64,000 nt of DNA from Patescibacteria group bacterium (GTDB taxonomy: Bacteria; Patescibacteriota; Minisyncoccia; Phycocordibacterales; PALSA-1337): NCBI GenBank assembly GCA_040388415.1, contig JAZKBV010000001.1:10369-74368 (forward strand), written 5' to 3'. A program made the translations under genes and the position numbers. Below, piece by piece: positions 28,785 to 37,721 of the stretch. A model generated the notes under the pieces. The model had not been told where the DNA came from. It was given only the letters and a program-made list of their open reading frames with translations, and did not search any database. Numbering within the stretch: position 1 is the first letter of the stretch; each line of letters starts with the position of its first letter.

Positions 28785-29171
28785 ATGAATGAAGAAGAAC
28801 TCAAAAAGAAATTAACGCCTGAAGAATATCATGTGCTTCGCGAAAAGGGCACAGAAGCGCCTTTTAGTGGTGAACTCCTGAATGAAAAACGAACGGGGAC
28901 GTATATGTGCAAAGTCTGCGGTAGTCCACTTTTTCCTTCAACTGCTAAATTTGATTCTGGTACAGGCTGGCCATCGTTCGACCAGGCTCTTCCGGGAGCA
29001 ATCAAGCAGATAGAGGATATCAGCCATGGCATGCACCGTGTCGAAATCGTATGCGCAAAATGTGCTTCGCATCTCGGACATCTTTTTGACGACGGTCCGA
29101 CAGGTACTGGTAAACGATATTGTATGAATTCGGTCTGTCTTGAGCTTGCGGCCGAAGAGTCTAACGGGTAA
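28785..29171 (+). CDS. msrB: Peptide methionine sulfoxide reductase MsrB
   Basis: The zinc CxxC pairs (CKVCG, CAKCASHLGH) and the SelR fold signature are present. Confidence 0.9.
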   Translation: MNEEELKKKLTPEEYHVLREKGTEAPFSGELLNEKRTGTYMCKVCGSPLFPSTAKFDSGTGWPSFDQALPGAIKQIEDISHGMHRVEIVCAKCASHLGHLFDDGPTGTGKRYCMNSVCLELAAEESNG

Positions 29172-29172
29172 T

Positions 29173-30207
29173 ATGAGTTTATCTATGAATTCTAGTGAAA
29201 TATCACCACTCATAATTGAGAAGGCTCCAATCATATTGGCTGAGATACAAAAAGCGAGAAGCATCCTTCTACATTGTCACCCTTCACCTGATCCTGATTC
29301 GGTGTGTTCTTCGCTTGCCATGAAGGCGGCATGCGAACAGTTAGGCAAAAAAGTTACGATCATTCGTGGAGATGCAGTTGTTCTGTCAGATGGTTTCGCT
29401 CGCTTTCCGGGTATTGAGACGATTGTTGGGAAAAGTTTTACTCAGGTCGATTTGAATGAATACGACTTGTTCATTGCGCTCGATAGCGCTTCGGCTGATA
29501 GAGTTTCAGCGAAGAATCCTCCAGCGTTTCCTTTGCCTATCAAGAGTATTAACATCGATCACCATAAGTCCAACACTTTTTTTGCCGACATCAATCTTGT
29601 TGATATGTGTACATCAGCGACGTTTATGCTGTACCAGCTTTTTACTATTTGGAATATTGAGATTACTCATGATATAGCGATCAATCTCTTTATGGGTATG
29701 TATACTGATAGTGGAGGATTTAAATACTACCCAATCGACCATCGAGTATTTCAAGTGGCCAGTGCGTTGGTCAAGATCGCACCAGATTTCGTGGATGTCA
29801 TATTTCATATGGAAAATAGTCAGAATTCTCAAGCGATCTATTTTGAAAGGCTTGCACTCGATTCCGTCGAAACTTTTTTGGGCGACAATATCGCCATGGC
29901 ATCTATTTCGTTCAAGCAAATCGAAGATCATAAGATACTGCTTGATTCTATTCATGTCGATATACCAAATAAACTGAAGTCTGTTGTCGGCTGGAATGTC
30001 GGTATGATGCTTGTTGAGCGTGAGCCCGATATAGTTAAAGTCAGTATGCGCACCCGCGATATAGAGAGATTTGATGTCTCAAAGCTCGCAGTTGCACTTG
30101 GTGGTGGCGGGCACCGTGCGGCTGCGGGCATTCTTTTTAAAGGACTTTCACTAGCCGAAGCAAAAGAAAAAATTGTATCAAAAGCAAAAGAACTGTATAA
30201 TCTCTAA
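29173..30207 (+). CDS. DHH family phosphoesterase (NrnA-like oligoribonuclease/pAp phosphatase)
   Basis: It has DHH motifs (HPSPDPDS, NIDHHKSN) and the DHHA1 motif GGGGHRAAAG. Confidence 0.8.
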   Translation: MSLSMNSSEISPLIIEKAPIILAEIQKARSILLHCHPSPDPDSVCSSLAMKAACEQLGKKVTIIRGDAVVLSDGFARFPGIETIVGKSFTQVDLNEYDLFIALDSASADRVSAKNPPAFPLPIKSINIDHHKSNTFFADINLVDMCTSATFMLYQLFTIWNIEITHDIAINLFMGMYTDSGGFKYYPIDHRVFQVASALVKIAPDFVDVIFHMENSQNSQAIYFERLALDSVETFLGDNIAMASISFKQIEDHKILLDSIHVDIPNKLKSVVGWNVGMMLVEREPDIVKVSMRTRDIERFDVSKLAVALGGGGHRAAAGILFKGLSLAEAKEKIVSKAKELYNL

Positions 30208-30210
30208 ACT

Positions 30211-30867
30211 ATGAAAAAACTTATTACACTTATTTCTATTCTTGTCGTCATCGCTGTGGCTTGGTTACTTCTCGATAACCGTTCACAGTATCCCAAGAGT
30301 GACGAGGAGTCTGTGGCACCGCCTGCGACTACGACTGCGCCAGGTATAGCAACAGATTCGATTACTACTTCATCAACAAATACTACTATGCATCACACCG
30401 TTACTATCGAAACCAACAAAGGCACCATCGTTTTTGAGACATATGACAATGATGCGCCAAAGACAGCTGCGAATTTCATCTCGCTTGCGAACAAAGGTTT
30501 CTACAATAACCTCATCTTCCATCGTGTGATCGAAGGGTTCATGATCCAAGGTGGAGATCCTACAGGTACTGGCACGGGTGGCCCAGGATATAAGTTCGCT
30601 GATGAGCTCAACCCAAATACAGATTCATATAAGGCCGGATATGTTCGCGGTGTCGTAGCTATGGCAAACTCTGGTCCAGATACTAACGGCAGCCAGTTCT
30701 TTATCATGCACAAAGACACACCACTCCCTCATAACTATAGTATCTTCGGCAAGGTCATATCGGGCATGGATGTAGTCGACGCTATCGCTGCGACTCCTGT
30801 TAACGGTTCAGATAAGCCTCTCCAGGATATCATCATGAAGAAAGTCACTGTTGCTGAAGTAAAATAG
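30211..30867 (+). CDS. Peptidyl-prolyl cis-trans isomerase, cyclophilin type, with N-terminal membrane anchor
   Basis: Cyclophilin motifs FHRVIEGFMIQGGD and MANSGPDTNGSQFFI are present. The N-terminal TM segment and S/T linker suggest an extracytoplasmic location. Confidence 0.9.
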   Translation: MKKLITLISILVVIAVAWLLLDNRSQYPKSDEESVAPPATTTAPGIATDSITTSSTNTTMHHTVTIETNKGTIVFETYDNDAPKTAANFISLANKGFYNNLIFHRVIEGFMIQGGDPTGTGTGGPGYKFADELNPNTDSYKAGYVRGVVAMANSGPDTNGSQFFIMHKDTPLPHNYSIFGKVISGMDVVDAIAATPVNGSDKPLQDIIMKKVTVAEVK

Positions 30868-30878
30868 CTTAGTAATAG

Positions 30879-30950
30879 TACCCCCGGCAGGAATTGAACC
30901 TACATCCACTCCTTAGGACGGAGTTGTTCTATCCGTTGAACTACGGGGGC
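30879..30950 (-). tRNA. tRNA-Arg (anticodon CCU)
   Basis: I folded the cloverleaf manually on the reverse complement. It has a 7 bp acceptor with a G1-U72 wobble, D arm GTTC/GAAC, anticodon stem ACTCC/GGAGT with loop GTCCTAA, and a T arm with loop TTCAATT. Confidence 0.7.
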
Positions 30951-31032
30951 AGAACGGTAAATAGAGGATAGCATAGATTTATTCCGCTATATACTTTTGC
31001 AAATCAGCCCGTTTTCTGTTAATGTTTTGAGC

Positions 31033-31308
31033 ATGACGCCTGAGGAAAAATCATTACTTGAACGCACCTATAAGCTCGTTGAAGAGAACAACGATATTCT
31101 TATCAAGATGCGTCGTGGTGCTCGCATCACAAACATAATGAGGATCGTGTACTGGGCAGTCATTCTTATCCTTAGTTTCGGCGCGTATTATTTCATACAG
31201 CCGTATCTCAATCTCATGATTGGGTCGCTCGGTTCGCTCAGTGGTTTTGTGGGCAATGCCAATGCTGCAAACGACGCTGCGCAATCACTCAAGGATTTAT
31301 TGAAGTAG
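31033..31308 (+). CDS. Small membrane protein, hypothetical
   Basis: It starts MTPEEKSL, has one to two TM helices, and is 91 aa. Confidence 0.35.
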   Translation: MTPEEKSLLERTYKLVEENNDILIKMRRGARITNIMRIVYWAVILILSFGAYYFIQPYLNLMIGSLGSLSGFVGNANAANDAAQSLKDLLK

Positions 31309-31322
31309 GGTTTGGTACCAAC

Positions 31323-31350
31323 GCCAAGGTAGCTGTTTTGGTAGATATAC
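31323..31350 (+). other. Degenerate copy of tRNA-Phe 5' end (GCCAAGGTAGCTG..TTGGTAGA)
   Basis: It matches the first ~24 nt of the intact tRNA-Phe 46 nt downstream, with an indel in the D arm. Confidence 0.4.
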
Positions 31351-31395
31351 ATCGACAAAGGTTAGTGAATCATTTAAAATCAGTTTTCCAACATT

Positions 31396-31468
31396 GCCAA
31401 GGTAGCTCAGTTGGTAGAGCATTCCCCTGAAGAGGGAAGGGTCACCAGTTCGATCCTGGTCCTTGGCA
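31396..31468 (+). tRNA. tRNA-Phe (anticodon GAA), CCA encoded at 31469..31471
   Basis: I folded the cloverleaf manually. It has acceptor GCCAAGG/CCTTGGC, D loop AGTTGGTAGAGC, anticodon loop CTGAAGA, T loop TTCGATC and discriminator A followed by CCA. Confidence 0.85.
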
Positions 31469-31493
31469 CCACATATTGCGGGATGGAGGAACA

Positions 31494-31514
31494 TTCGATC
31501 CTGGTCCTTGGCAC
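31494..31514 (+). repeat. Direct duplicate of tRNA-Phe 3' end (TTCGATCCTGGTCCTTGGCAC) 26 nt after the tRNA
   Basis: It is an exact 21 nt repeat of the T loop through the acceptor 3' strand, an att-like footprint. Confidence 0.6.
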
Positions 31515-31547
31515 ATAATAAGGCTTAAAATATAGGTCAAGGGGTAC

Positions 31548-31577
31548 TTGACAAATAGGATATATGTAGTATATAAT
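31548..31577 (+). promoter_or_regulatory. Sigma70-like promoter TTGACA-N18-TATAAT upstream of PKD-repeat gene
   Basis: Both hexamers are at consensus. A 5' UTR hairpin GGCTTGATTAAGCC lies at about 31633..31646. Confidence 0.4.
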
Positions 31578-31686
31578 GTACCTATACGACTTAGTTATAG
31601 GCGTATCTTTAGTAATAATCTACCCGCTTTTACGGCTTGATTAAGCCACTGTACGTGGTATATCAAGTGTGATAGCTTTACATTAT

Positions 31687-32967
31687 ATGACTTATTCAAT
31701 AAACAAAAATTACATTTTCGGAAGCATAGTCCTCGGACTCGCTCTCGTCTTTGTGGTTGGCTTGTCTCAGGCTCCACGTGCTGAGGCTTGTAACTCTGGT
31801 TGTGGTACATACTACCCGCCGACCTACAATACGCCACCACAGCCGTCTGCTTCTCCGCTCTATGTTCAGTGTTACCCACAGCCTTTGACGGCAAATGTCG
31901 GTGACAGTGCTACTTGGGTGTCGAACATCTCAGGTGGAAATGGATCATTCAGTTATTCATGGTCAGGCACTGACGGTCTCGTTGGCGCAGGTCCTTCAAT
32001 AGCAAAGGTCTACTACACAAGCGGTTCAAAGAGCGCGACTCTTACGGTCACTTCAGGAAGCCAGACAAAATCTGTCTCGTGTAGTGGAACTGTTACTGTA
32101 TACGGCAATACAAATACATACGATTATCCTCCTGTATACCAGCCACCAGTATATGTTCCACCAACCTATTACCCACCAACATATTACTCTCCGCTCCAGA
32201 TCACGTGTACTCCTAACATTACTTATACCAATGTAGGTACTACGGTCACATGGTCAGCAAACGTCTATGGTGGTAGTAACAATGGATACTACGGTATGAC
32301 CTATTCATGGTCAGGCACTGACGGTCTCTATGGTAATGGTCAGTCAATCTCGACGACATATAACAATCCTGGATACAAGACAGCTACAGTTACCGTCTAT
32401 TCAAATGGACAGACAGCTACTCAGGCTTGTTCAAATTCAGTCAATGTCACTGGTTATAACTACAACTATCAATCGACGTACTACAATTACAATAACGCCT
32501 ACGGCTCAAATAACAGCGGTCTCAACATCGGTTGTTATTCAGATCCACAGACAGCTTCGGTCAACCAGCCGATCACCTGGTCTGTAGAAGTCACTGGCGG
32601 TGTCGGTCCTTACACATACTCATGGTCTGGTACTGATGGTCTCTCTGGTTCAGCGATCTCTGTTGTAAAATATTACAACTCACGCGGTGAAAAGAGTGCT
32701 ATCGTCTCAGTTACCTCAGCGGATGGAAAGACAGGCACACATGCTTGTAGTAATACATTGAATGTTCGCAGTCCAGGTGGTGCAGTCACTAAGCCTGTCA
32801 CTCCTGCTCCTACACAGACAGCTCCAGCTAATGACCAGAACAATGGTCAGTCTGCAGCAGCCCTCTTCTCACTTCAGAGCATTCCTTGGGGTTGGGTAGC
32901 TATACTCATCATCCTCGTCCTCTTCGCTACTATCATGTATCTCATCTTCAATCGTCCAAAGATCTAA
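31687..32967 (+). CDS. Cell-surface protein with three PKD-like repeats, Pro/Tyr-rich linkers and C-terminal TM anchor
   Basis: It has a signal peptide. A roughly 85 aa module recurs three times with flanking Cys and the core YSWSGTDGL, of which the third copy reads GGVGPYTYSWSGTDG, matching the PKD consensus. Linkers such as PPVYQPPVYVPPTYYPP separate the modules, and a C-terminal hydrophobic helix is followed by NRPKI. Confidence 0.7.
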   Translation: MTYSINKNYIFGSIVLGLALVFVVGLSQAPRAEACNSGCGTYYPPTYNTPPQPSASPLYVQCYPQPLTANVGDSATWVSNISGGNGSFSYSWSGTDGLVGAGPSIAKVYYTSGSKSATLTVTSGSQTKSVSCSGTVTVYGNTNTYDYPPVYQPPVYVPPTYYPPTYYSPLQITCTPNITYTNVGTTVTWSANVYGGSNNGYYGMTYSWSGTDGLYGNGQSISTTYNNPGYKTATVTVYSNGQTATQACSNSVNVTGYNYNYQSTYYNYNNAYGSNNSGLNIGCYSDPQTASVNQPITWSVEVTGGVGPYTYSWSGTDGLSGSAISVVKYYNSRGEKSAIVSVTSADGKTGTHACSNTLNVRSPGGAVTKPVTPAPTQTAPANDQNNGQSAAALFSLQSIPWGWVAILIILVLFATIMYLIFNRPKI

Positions 32968-33074
32968 CATCTTTGATGGTTGTGAGAGAGCTGGGCGGGT
33001 GTGACTCCAAATAATGTCTAAATAGCCTATAACACAGAAGCCCCCAGAAATGGGGGCTTCTGTTATGGTTTTTT

Positions 33075-34850
33075 TTATTTCTTCTCCCTGATCTCGCTCT
33101 CGATCTTGGTCAATACCTCTTCAACTTTCAATTGGCCTATCTGACCATGGTCACGGCTTTCGAGAGTGACTGCGCCAGCAGCGATATCTTTGTCACCGAT
33201 GATAATGAAGTAGGGAATATTGGCCGTCTTGGCATTGCGTATCTTCTTACCAAAGCCGGCGTTCGAACTATCGAACTCAGAGCGAATCATCTTTGAGCGG
33301 AGGAGGTCGTGCACTTTTTGTGCTTCTGCAACATGTGTATCGCCGACAGGGATGACCGCCACTTGGACTGGGGCGAGCCAGAGAGGAAACTTGCCTCCAT
33401 AATGCTCTATAAGGAAGCCAATGAAGCGTTCATGGGTGCCGAGTGGGGCACGATGGATACAGAGAGGTGTTTTTTCAGTGCCATCTTTGTCTGCGTAGGT
33501 GAGACCAAACTTCTGTGGTACAGAGAAGTCGACTTGGTTTGTAGCAAGCGTAAACTCACGTCCGATGGCACTCCAGACCTGTACATCGATCTTTGGGCCA
33601 TAGAAGGCTGCTTCATTTGGCACTTCGATAAAAGGAATCTTTGAATCGACGAGAACCTTGCGTACCATATCCTCGGTCTTTTTCCAGAGGATTGGATCAT
33701 TCACGTATTTTTCACCAAGCTTCTTTGGGTCATGGGTTGAAAAGCGCATAATGAACTTGTCGACACCAAATATCTTGAAGTAATAGAGATACATCTCGTT
33801 AACGGCACGGAATTCATCTGCAAACTGCTCTTCAGTACAATATATATGCGCATCATTCATCTGGAGGGCACGTACACGCATGAGGCCGAAAAGCTCGCCA
33901 GATTTCTCATGACGGTAACAAGTGCCGTATTCTGCGAGACGGAGAGGGAGGTCACGGTAGCTCTTTGGGCGTGCCGCATAAATCTTGTGATGGTGCGGGC
34001 AGTTCATGGCCTTGAGATAGTACTTACCACCCTCGTATTCCATAGGAGGAAACATGCTGTCTTCGTAGTACGGCAAGTGACCGCTCTTCAAGTACATAGA
34101 CTCCTTGGCAAGGTGAGGGGTCTTAACACGCGAGTAACCCATCTTGAATTCGGTCTCCTTGGCGAGCTTCTCAAGTTCTTCTATAAGGACAGCGCCATTT
34201 GGCAACCAGAGAGCAAGTCCCGGTCCTACATCATCATCAAAGTCGAATATATCCATCTCTTTACCGATCTTACGGTGATCACGCTTTTCGGCTTCTTTCA
34301 TCATGGTTTCGTACGCATCAAGCGCTTCCTTTGTTTCAAACGCGAGACCATATATACGAGTGAGCTGAGTATTGGCTTCGTTACCTTTCCAATATGCTCC
34401 AGCAATGCGTGAGAGCTTGAATGAATCGGCTGGGATGTCCTTGGCCGGGCTCTCAGAGTGGCCACCACGACAAAGGTCGGTGAAGTGTCCAGCAGTATAG
34501 AGAGTGATCTTTTCTCCTTTAGCTACGATGTCAGATATGAGCTCGAGCTTATATTGATTGCCTTTGAATGCTTCGCGGGCCTCAACTTCTGACACTTCTT
34601 TGCCAGACATGTCCTTCCATGAAGGCAAAAGCTTGCGCATCTTCTTTTCAATATCCTTCAGTTCTTTCTCGGTAGGCTTGTTTGGCGTGCCGTCGGCGTT
34701 CATACCGAATTCGTAGTCATAATAAAAACCGTTGTCTACTGCTGGTCCGATAGTTGGCTTGGCATCTGGATAGAGCTCGAGAACTGCTGCAGCCATCAGA
34801 TGGGCGAGGGTATGACGAGCATGGACAAGCTTTTCATTGGTTGGATTCAT
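33075..34850 (-). CDS. thrS: Threonine--tRNA ligase (ThrRS), short form lacking N-terminal TGS domain
   Basis: It has an N2 editing domain with HTLAHLMAAA, class II core motifs (FRAVNEMY, HRAPLGTHERFIG) and a C-terminal anticodon-binding domain. Confidence 0.9.
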   Translation of the reverse strand: MNPTNEKLVHARHTLAHLMAAAVLELYPDAKPTIGPAVDNGFYYDYEFGMNADGTPNKPTEKELKDIEKKMRKLLPSWKDMSGKEVSEVEAREAFKGNQYKLELISDIVAKGEKITLYTAGHFTDLCRGGHSESPAKDIPADSFKLSRIAGAYWKGNEANTQLTRIYGLAFETKEALDAYETMMKEAEKRDHRKIGKEMDIFDFDDDVGPGLALWLPNGAVLIEELEKLAKETEFKMGYSRVKTPHLAKESMYLKSGHLPYYEDSMFPPMEYEGGKYYLKAMNCPHHHKIYAARPKSYRDLPLRLAEYGTCYRHEKSGELFGLMRVRALQMNDAHIYCTEEQFADEFRAVNEMYLYYFKIFGVDKFIMRFSTHDPKKLGEKYVNDPILWKKTEDMVRKVLVDSKIPFIEVPNEAAFYGPKIDVQVWSAIGREFTLATNQVDFSVPQKFGLTYADKDGTEKTPLCIHRAPLGTHERFIGFLIEHYGGKFPLWLAPVQVAVIPVGDTHVAEAQKVHDLLRSKMIRSEFDSSNAGFGKKIRNAKTANIPYFIIIGDKDIAAGAVTLESRDHGQIGQLKVEEVLTKIESEIREKK

Positions 34851-34888
34851 AGTGAGATAAATATAGCACTTTCGGATAAAAAACGCAG

Positions 34889-36388
34889 TTAGCCGAGCTT
34901 CTTGGTCAAAATTTCTTTTATAACTGCTGGGTTGGCAGCACCCTTGGTGGCTTTCATAGCCTGACCGATCAAGAACTGGATAGAGGCGACTTTACCGGCT
35001 CTATATTCGGCTACGACAGAAGCATTATCGGCAATGACCTTATCTATGGCAGGTTCAATAGAAGCTGCATCGCTCTTTTGGATAAGTCCGTGCGCGTCTG
35101 CAAGTGCTTTTGGTGAGGTGTTCTTTGAAGCTTCATCGGTAACCAGTAGAGACAGGATCTTCTTTGCTCCAGAAGATGACATATCACCTGCACTGATCAT
35201 GTTGATAAGCTCTGCGAAGTGTTTAGGGGCTATCAAATCAAGCATGTTAACCCAATTTGAGGCAGTTTTGGTACCAACAGCAGGAAGCTTCTTTAATAGA
35301 CCTGCATAGTCAGTGAGAAGATAGTTGATGACAAGGCGGACAGACTTCAGGTCTTTATTTGTTAGACTAGAAACTACATCATCAAAGTATCGTGAGAGTA
35401 GTCCAGTATAGTCATCGACGAATACCTCAGCCTCCTTATCAGTAGCACCAAACTCTTTCTTGAATCGCTCACGACGCACCCAAGGGAAGTTGAGGATACC
35501 GTGAGCATCTTTCAACTCTTTCTCAAGCGCTGATTTTGCGAACTCAGGCATCTCAGAAATCTTGAGCTTCGGTATATCAGGGTCAGGGAAGTAGCGATAG
35601 TCATGTGAGCTCTCCTTTGATCGTTGTGAATAGGTGGTGTTAGTTTTTTCATCCCAACCTCTGGTTTCTTGTTTTACCTTTTCACCAGCTTCGATGAGCG
35701 CGATCTGTCTCTCGATCTCGTGAGCGATAGCTCCTTCGACAGCACGAAATGAGTTGAGGTTCTTAACTTCTGTTTTGGTGCCAAACTTTTTTGCTGCAGT
35801 GTCTTCTTCTGAAGCAACTGAAATATTTGCTTCGACGCGCATCTCACCTTTTTCCATGTTCGCTTCACCGGCACCAAGGTAGCGGAGGAGGAGTTGAAGT
35901 TCTTTTGCAAAGTCGGTTGCAGTCTTTGCGTCACGAATAGTTGGAGTGGTCACGAGCTCCATGAGAGGGACTCCTGAGCGATTGAAGTTCACTAAACTTT
36001 TTTCATGAGTGTCATGTGTCGACTGAGCGGTGTCTTCTTCAAGATGGATGCGTTCGAGTGCGACGCCAGCAAGCGTTCCTCCAGAGATGAGAGGGTAGGC
36101 ATATTGACTGATCTGGTAGCCTTTCGGTATGTCAGGATAAAAATAATTTTTACGATCCCACTCAGTGAAGTCTGCGAGCGTACCGTCAACAGCGACTCCG
36201 ACTTTGAGTACATGCTTGATTGCTTCTTTGTTTAAAACAGGGAGCGTGCCTGGATGACCGAGACAGATCGAACAAACATTGACGTTCGCTTTTTCTTCAT
36301 CAGGATTGTTCGCACATGAGCAGAACATCTTTGACTGAGTCTTGAGTTCTGCATGGATCTCGAGACCAATAGTAGGAATGTATTTCAT
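34889..36388 (-). CDS. gatB: Asp-tRNA(Asn)/Glu-tRNA(Gln) amidotransferase subunit B
   Basis: The N-terminus MKYIPTIGLEIHAELKTQSKMFCSC is characteristic of GatB, and a GatB/YqeY C-terminal domain is present. Confidence 0.9.
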   Translation of the reverse strand: MKYIPTIGLEIHAELKTQSKMFCSCANNPDEEKANVNVCSICLGHPGTLPVLNKEAIKHVLKVGVAVDGTLADFTEWDRKNYFYPDIPKGYQISQYAYPLISGGTLAGVALERIHLEEDTAQSTHDTHEKSLVNFNRSGVPLMELVTTPTIRDAKTATDFAKELQLLLRYLGAGEANMEKGEMRVEANISVASEEDTAAKKFGTKTEVKNLNSFRAVEGAIAHEIERQIALIEAGEKVKQETRGWDEKTNTTYSQRSKESSHDYRYFPDPDIPKLKISEMPEFAKSALEKELKDAHGILNFPWVRRERFKKEFGATDKEAEVFVDDYTGLLSRYFDDVVSSLTNKDLKSVRLVINYLLTDYAGLLKKLPAVGTKTASNWVNMLDLIAPKHFAELINMISAGDMSSSGAKKILSLLVTDEASKNTSPKALADAHGLIQKSDAASIEPAIDKVIADNASVVAEYRAGKVASIQFLIGQAMKATKGAANPAVIKEILTKKLG

Positions 36389-36404
36389 CTGTTCAGTCTA
36401 TAAA

Positions 36405-36436
36405 TAATAAACCCCTCGTGCAAGAGGAGTTTATTT
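36405..36436 (-). terminator. Rho-independent terminator for the small HTH gene
   Basis: On the minus strand the stem AAACTCCTCTTGCACGAGGGGTTT is followed by ATTATTTAT. Confidence 0.4.
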
Positions 36437-36458
36437 TAAAAACGTGGTCTATTTTTAT

Positions 36459-36716
36459 TTAATCCTCATGCCTGACCAAGAGCTTTCGGGGACCTTTAGG
36501 TGCTCGCTTGCGTGGGGGTCGTTTTTCCTTGTTTGTTGAAATTTCTGTCAAGAGTTTCTCGATGTCCTCACGACGATAGACACGGTAGTTGTTGAAGGGA
36601 TGTCGGCTCGCCTCAAGCTTGCCACTGTTGTCCCAATTGCGCAGGGTGAGAGCAGTTACTCCGAGCATTGTTGCTGCTTGTTTGACGGTTAAAAGGCGGT
36701 TTGAGCTCGTTTCCAT
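36459..36716 (-). CDS. Small MerR/excisionase-like helix-turn-helix DNA-binding protein
   Basis: It is an 85 aa protein whose HTH, LLTVKQAATMLGVTALTLRNW, is of MerR_1/HTH_17 type, with a basic C-terminal tail. A partial second copy lies 0.5 kb away. Confidence 0.6.
   Translation of the reverse strand: METSSNRLLTVKQAATMLGVTALTLRNWDNSGKLEASRHPFNNYRVYRREDIEKLLTEISTNKEKRPPRKRAPKGPRKLLVRHED
36524..36704. repeat. Direct repeat copy 1 (~180 bp, identical to 37201..37384)
   Basis: I compared the two copies base by base from the given sequence. They are identical apart from one T in a T-run at the 5' edge. Confidence 0.8.
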
Positions 36717-37116
36717 GATTCATATAGTATACATGATAACCTGTATACGTTAAAACGTTGATAAATGCGCTGGTGGATTGGGGGATAGATTTTGTGTTCA
36801 AAATCGGACGTTTTTCAGAGCGGTTTTCGTTTAAAAGAGTATAAAAAGCGATCTCAAAAAACCTAGTAAAATCGACCTCTGCTAGCCGAGATTGCCGTAT
36901 TTTTCGTGATTAAAATTGCATGAGCTTAATCAAAAAAATAAGGAATTTTTAATGCATTTTTTGATCAAAATAGAATCAAAATTTCATCCAATGAAATGAT
37001 GATCTAGATGTTTGAAGAGCTATAAAGTCGTGTTACAGGGTGAAGCGAATGCGAGGCGCACTTATGTGATAGTAGTATGTATCAACGAAGTACTTATTTT
37101 ACATTCAAATCTCATT

Positions 37117-37384
37117 TTAAATATGTTGAAAATAGACAATTAACATAGCGTTTTTTATTAGCAGAAAGCAATGGCTTAAATAGTAGCTTTTTAAGAAACA
37201 GTTTTCCTTGTTTGTTGAAATTTCTGTCAAGAGTTTCTCGATGTCCTCACGACGATAGACACGGTAGTTGTTGAAGGGATGTCGGCTCGCCTCAAGCTTG
37301 CCACTGTTGTCCCAATTGCGCAGGGTGAGAGCAGTTACTCCGAGCATTGTTGCTGCTTGTTTGACGGTTAAAAGGCGGTTTGAT
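37117..37384 (-). pseudogene. Truncated duplicate of the MerR/Xis-like HTH gene (lacks start codon and native C-terminus)
   Basis: The copy covers codons 5-64 of the 36459..36716 gene, then diverges into unrelated sequence and a stop. Confidence 0.5.
37201..37384. repeat. Direct repeat copy 2 (~180 bp)
   Basis: It is identical to 36524..36704 and sits in the AT-rich noncoding gap. Confidence 0.8.
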
Positions 37385-37721
37385 AGTGGCCGTAAGCCAT
37401 CTATAGTCTAAGCCACAAAACCTTACTAAAGGTATATACATTGGCAACAAATTTAGTAATGTTTATATATTTTTAATATTCTATTTACTAAAACTGAAGC
37501 GAGATCATTTTGATCTGTTTTGTATACCAAAAATGGCAAAAAAGGTGACATGAATCTTGATCAACGACCGTTTAAAATGCCCCAGGACGAAATTTGTTTT
37601 GAATGAAGTCCGACACTTGTTTTGATTATTTATTTTGAGGCTCTTTTGGTTGTATAAAATAAGCCTAGTTATCCCCAGAAAACAAATATATAAATGATAC
37701 TCGTCGTTATAATACTCTTGT

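Noticed and set aside
31297-31494. 65 aa minus-strand ORF across the tRNA-Phe region
   Set aside because: It is antisense to a well-folded tRNA and its flanking repeats, so it is not coding.
33846-34412. 188 aa plus-strand ORF inside thrS
   Set aside because: It is the antisense shadow of a highly conserved aminoacyl-tRNA synthetase gene.
36524-37384. Diversity-generating retroelement (TR/VR pair) explanation for the 180 bp repeat next to surface-protein genes
   Set aside because: The two copies are identical, with no adenine-specific substitutions. No reverse transcriptase gene is present in the window, and the repeat lies in an HTH gene rather than at the 3' end of a ligand-binding target.
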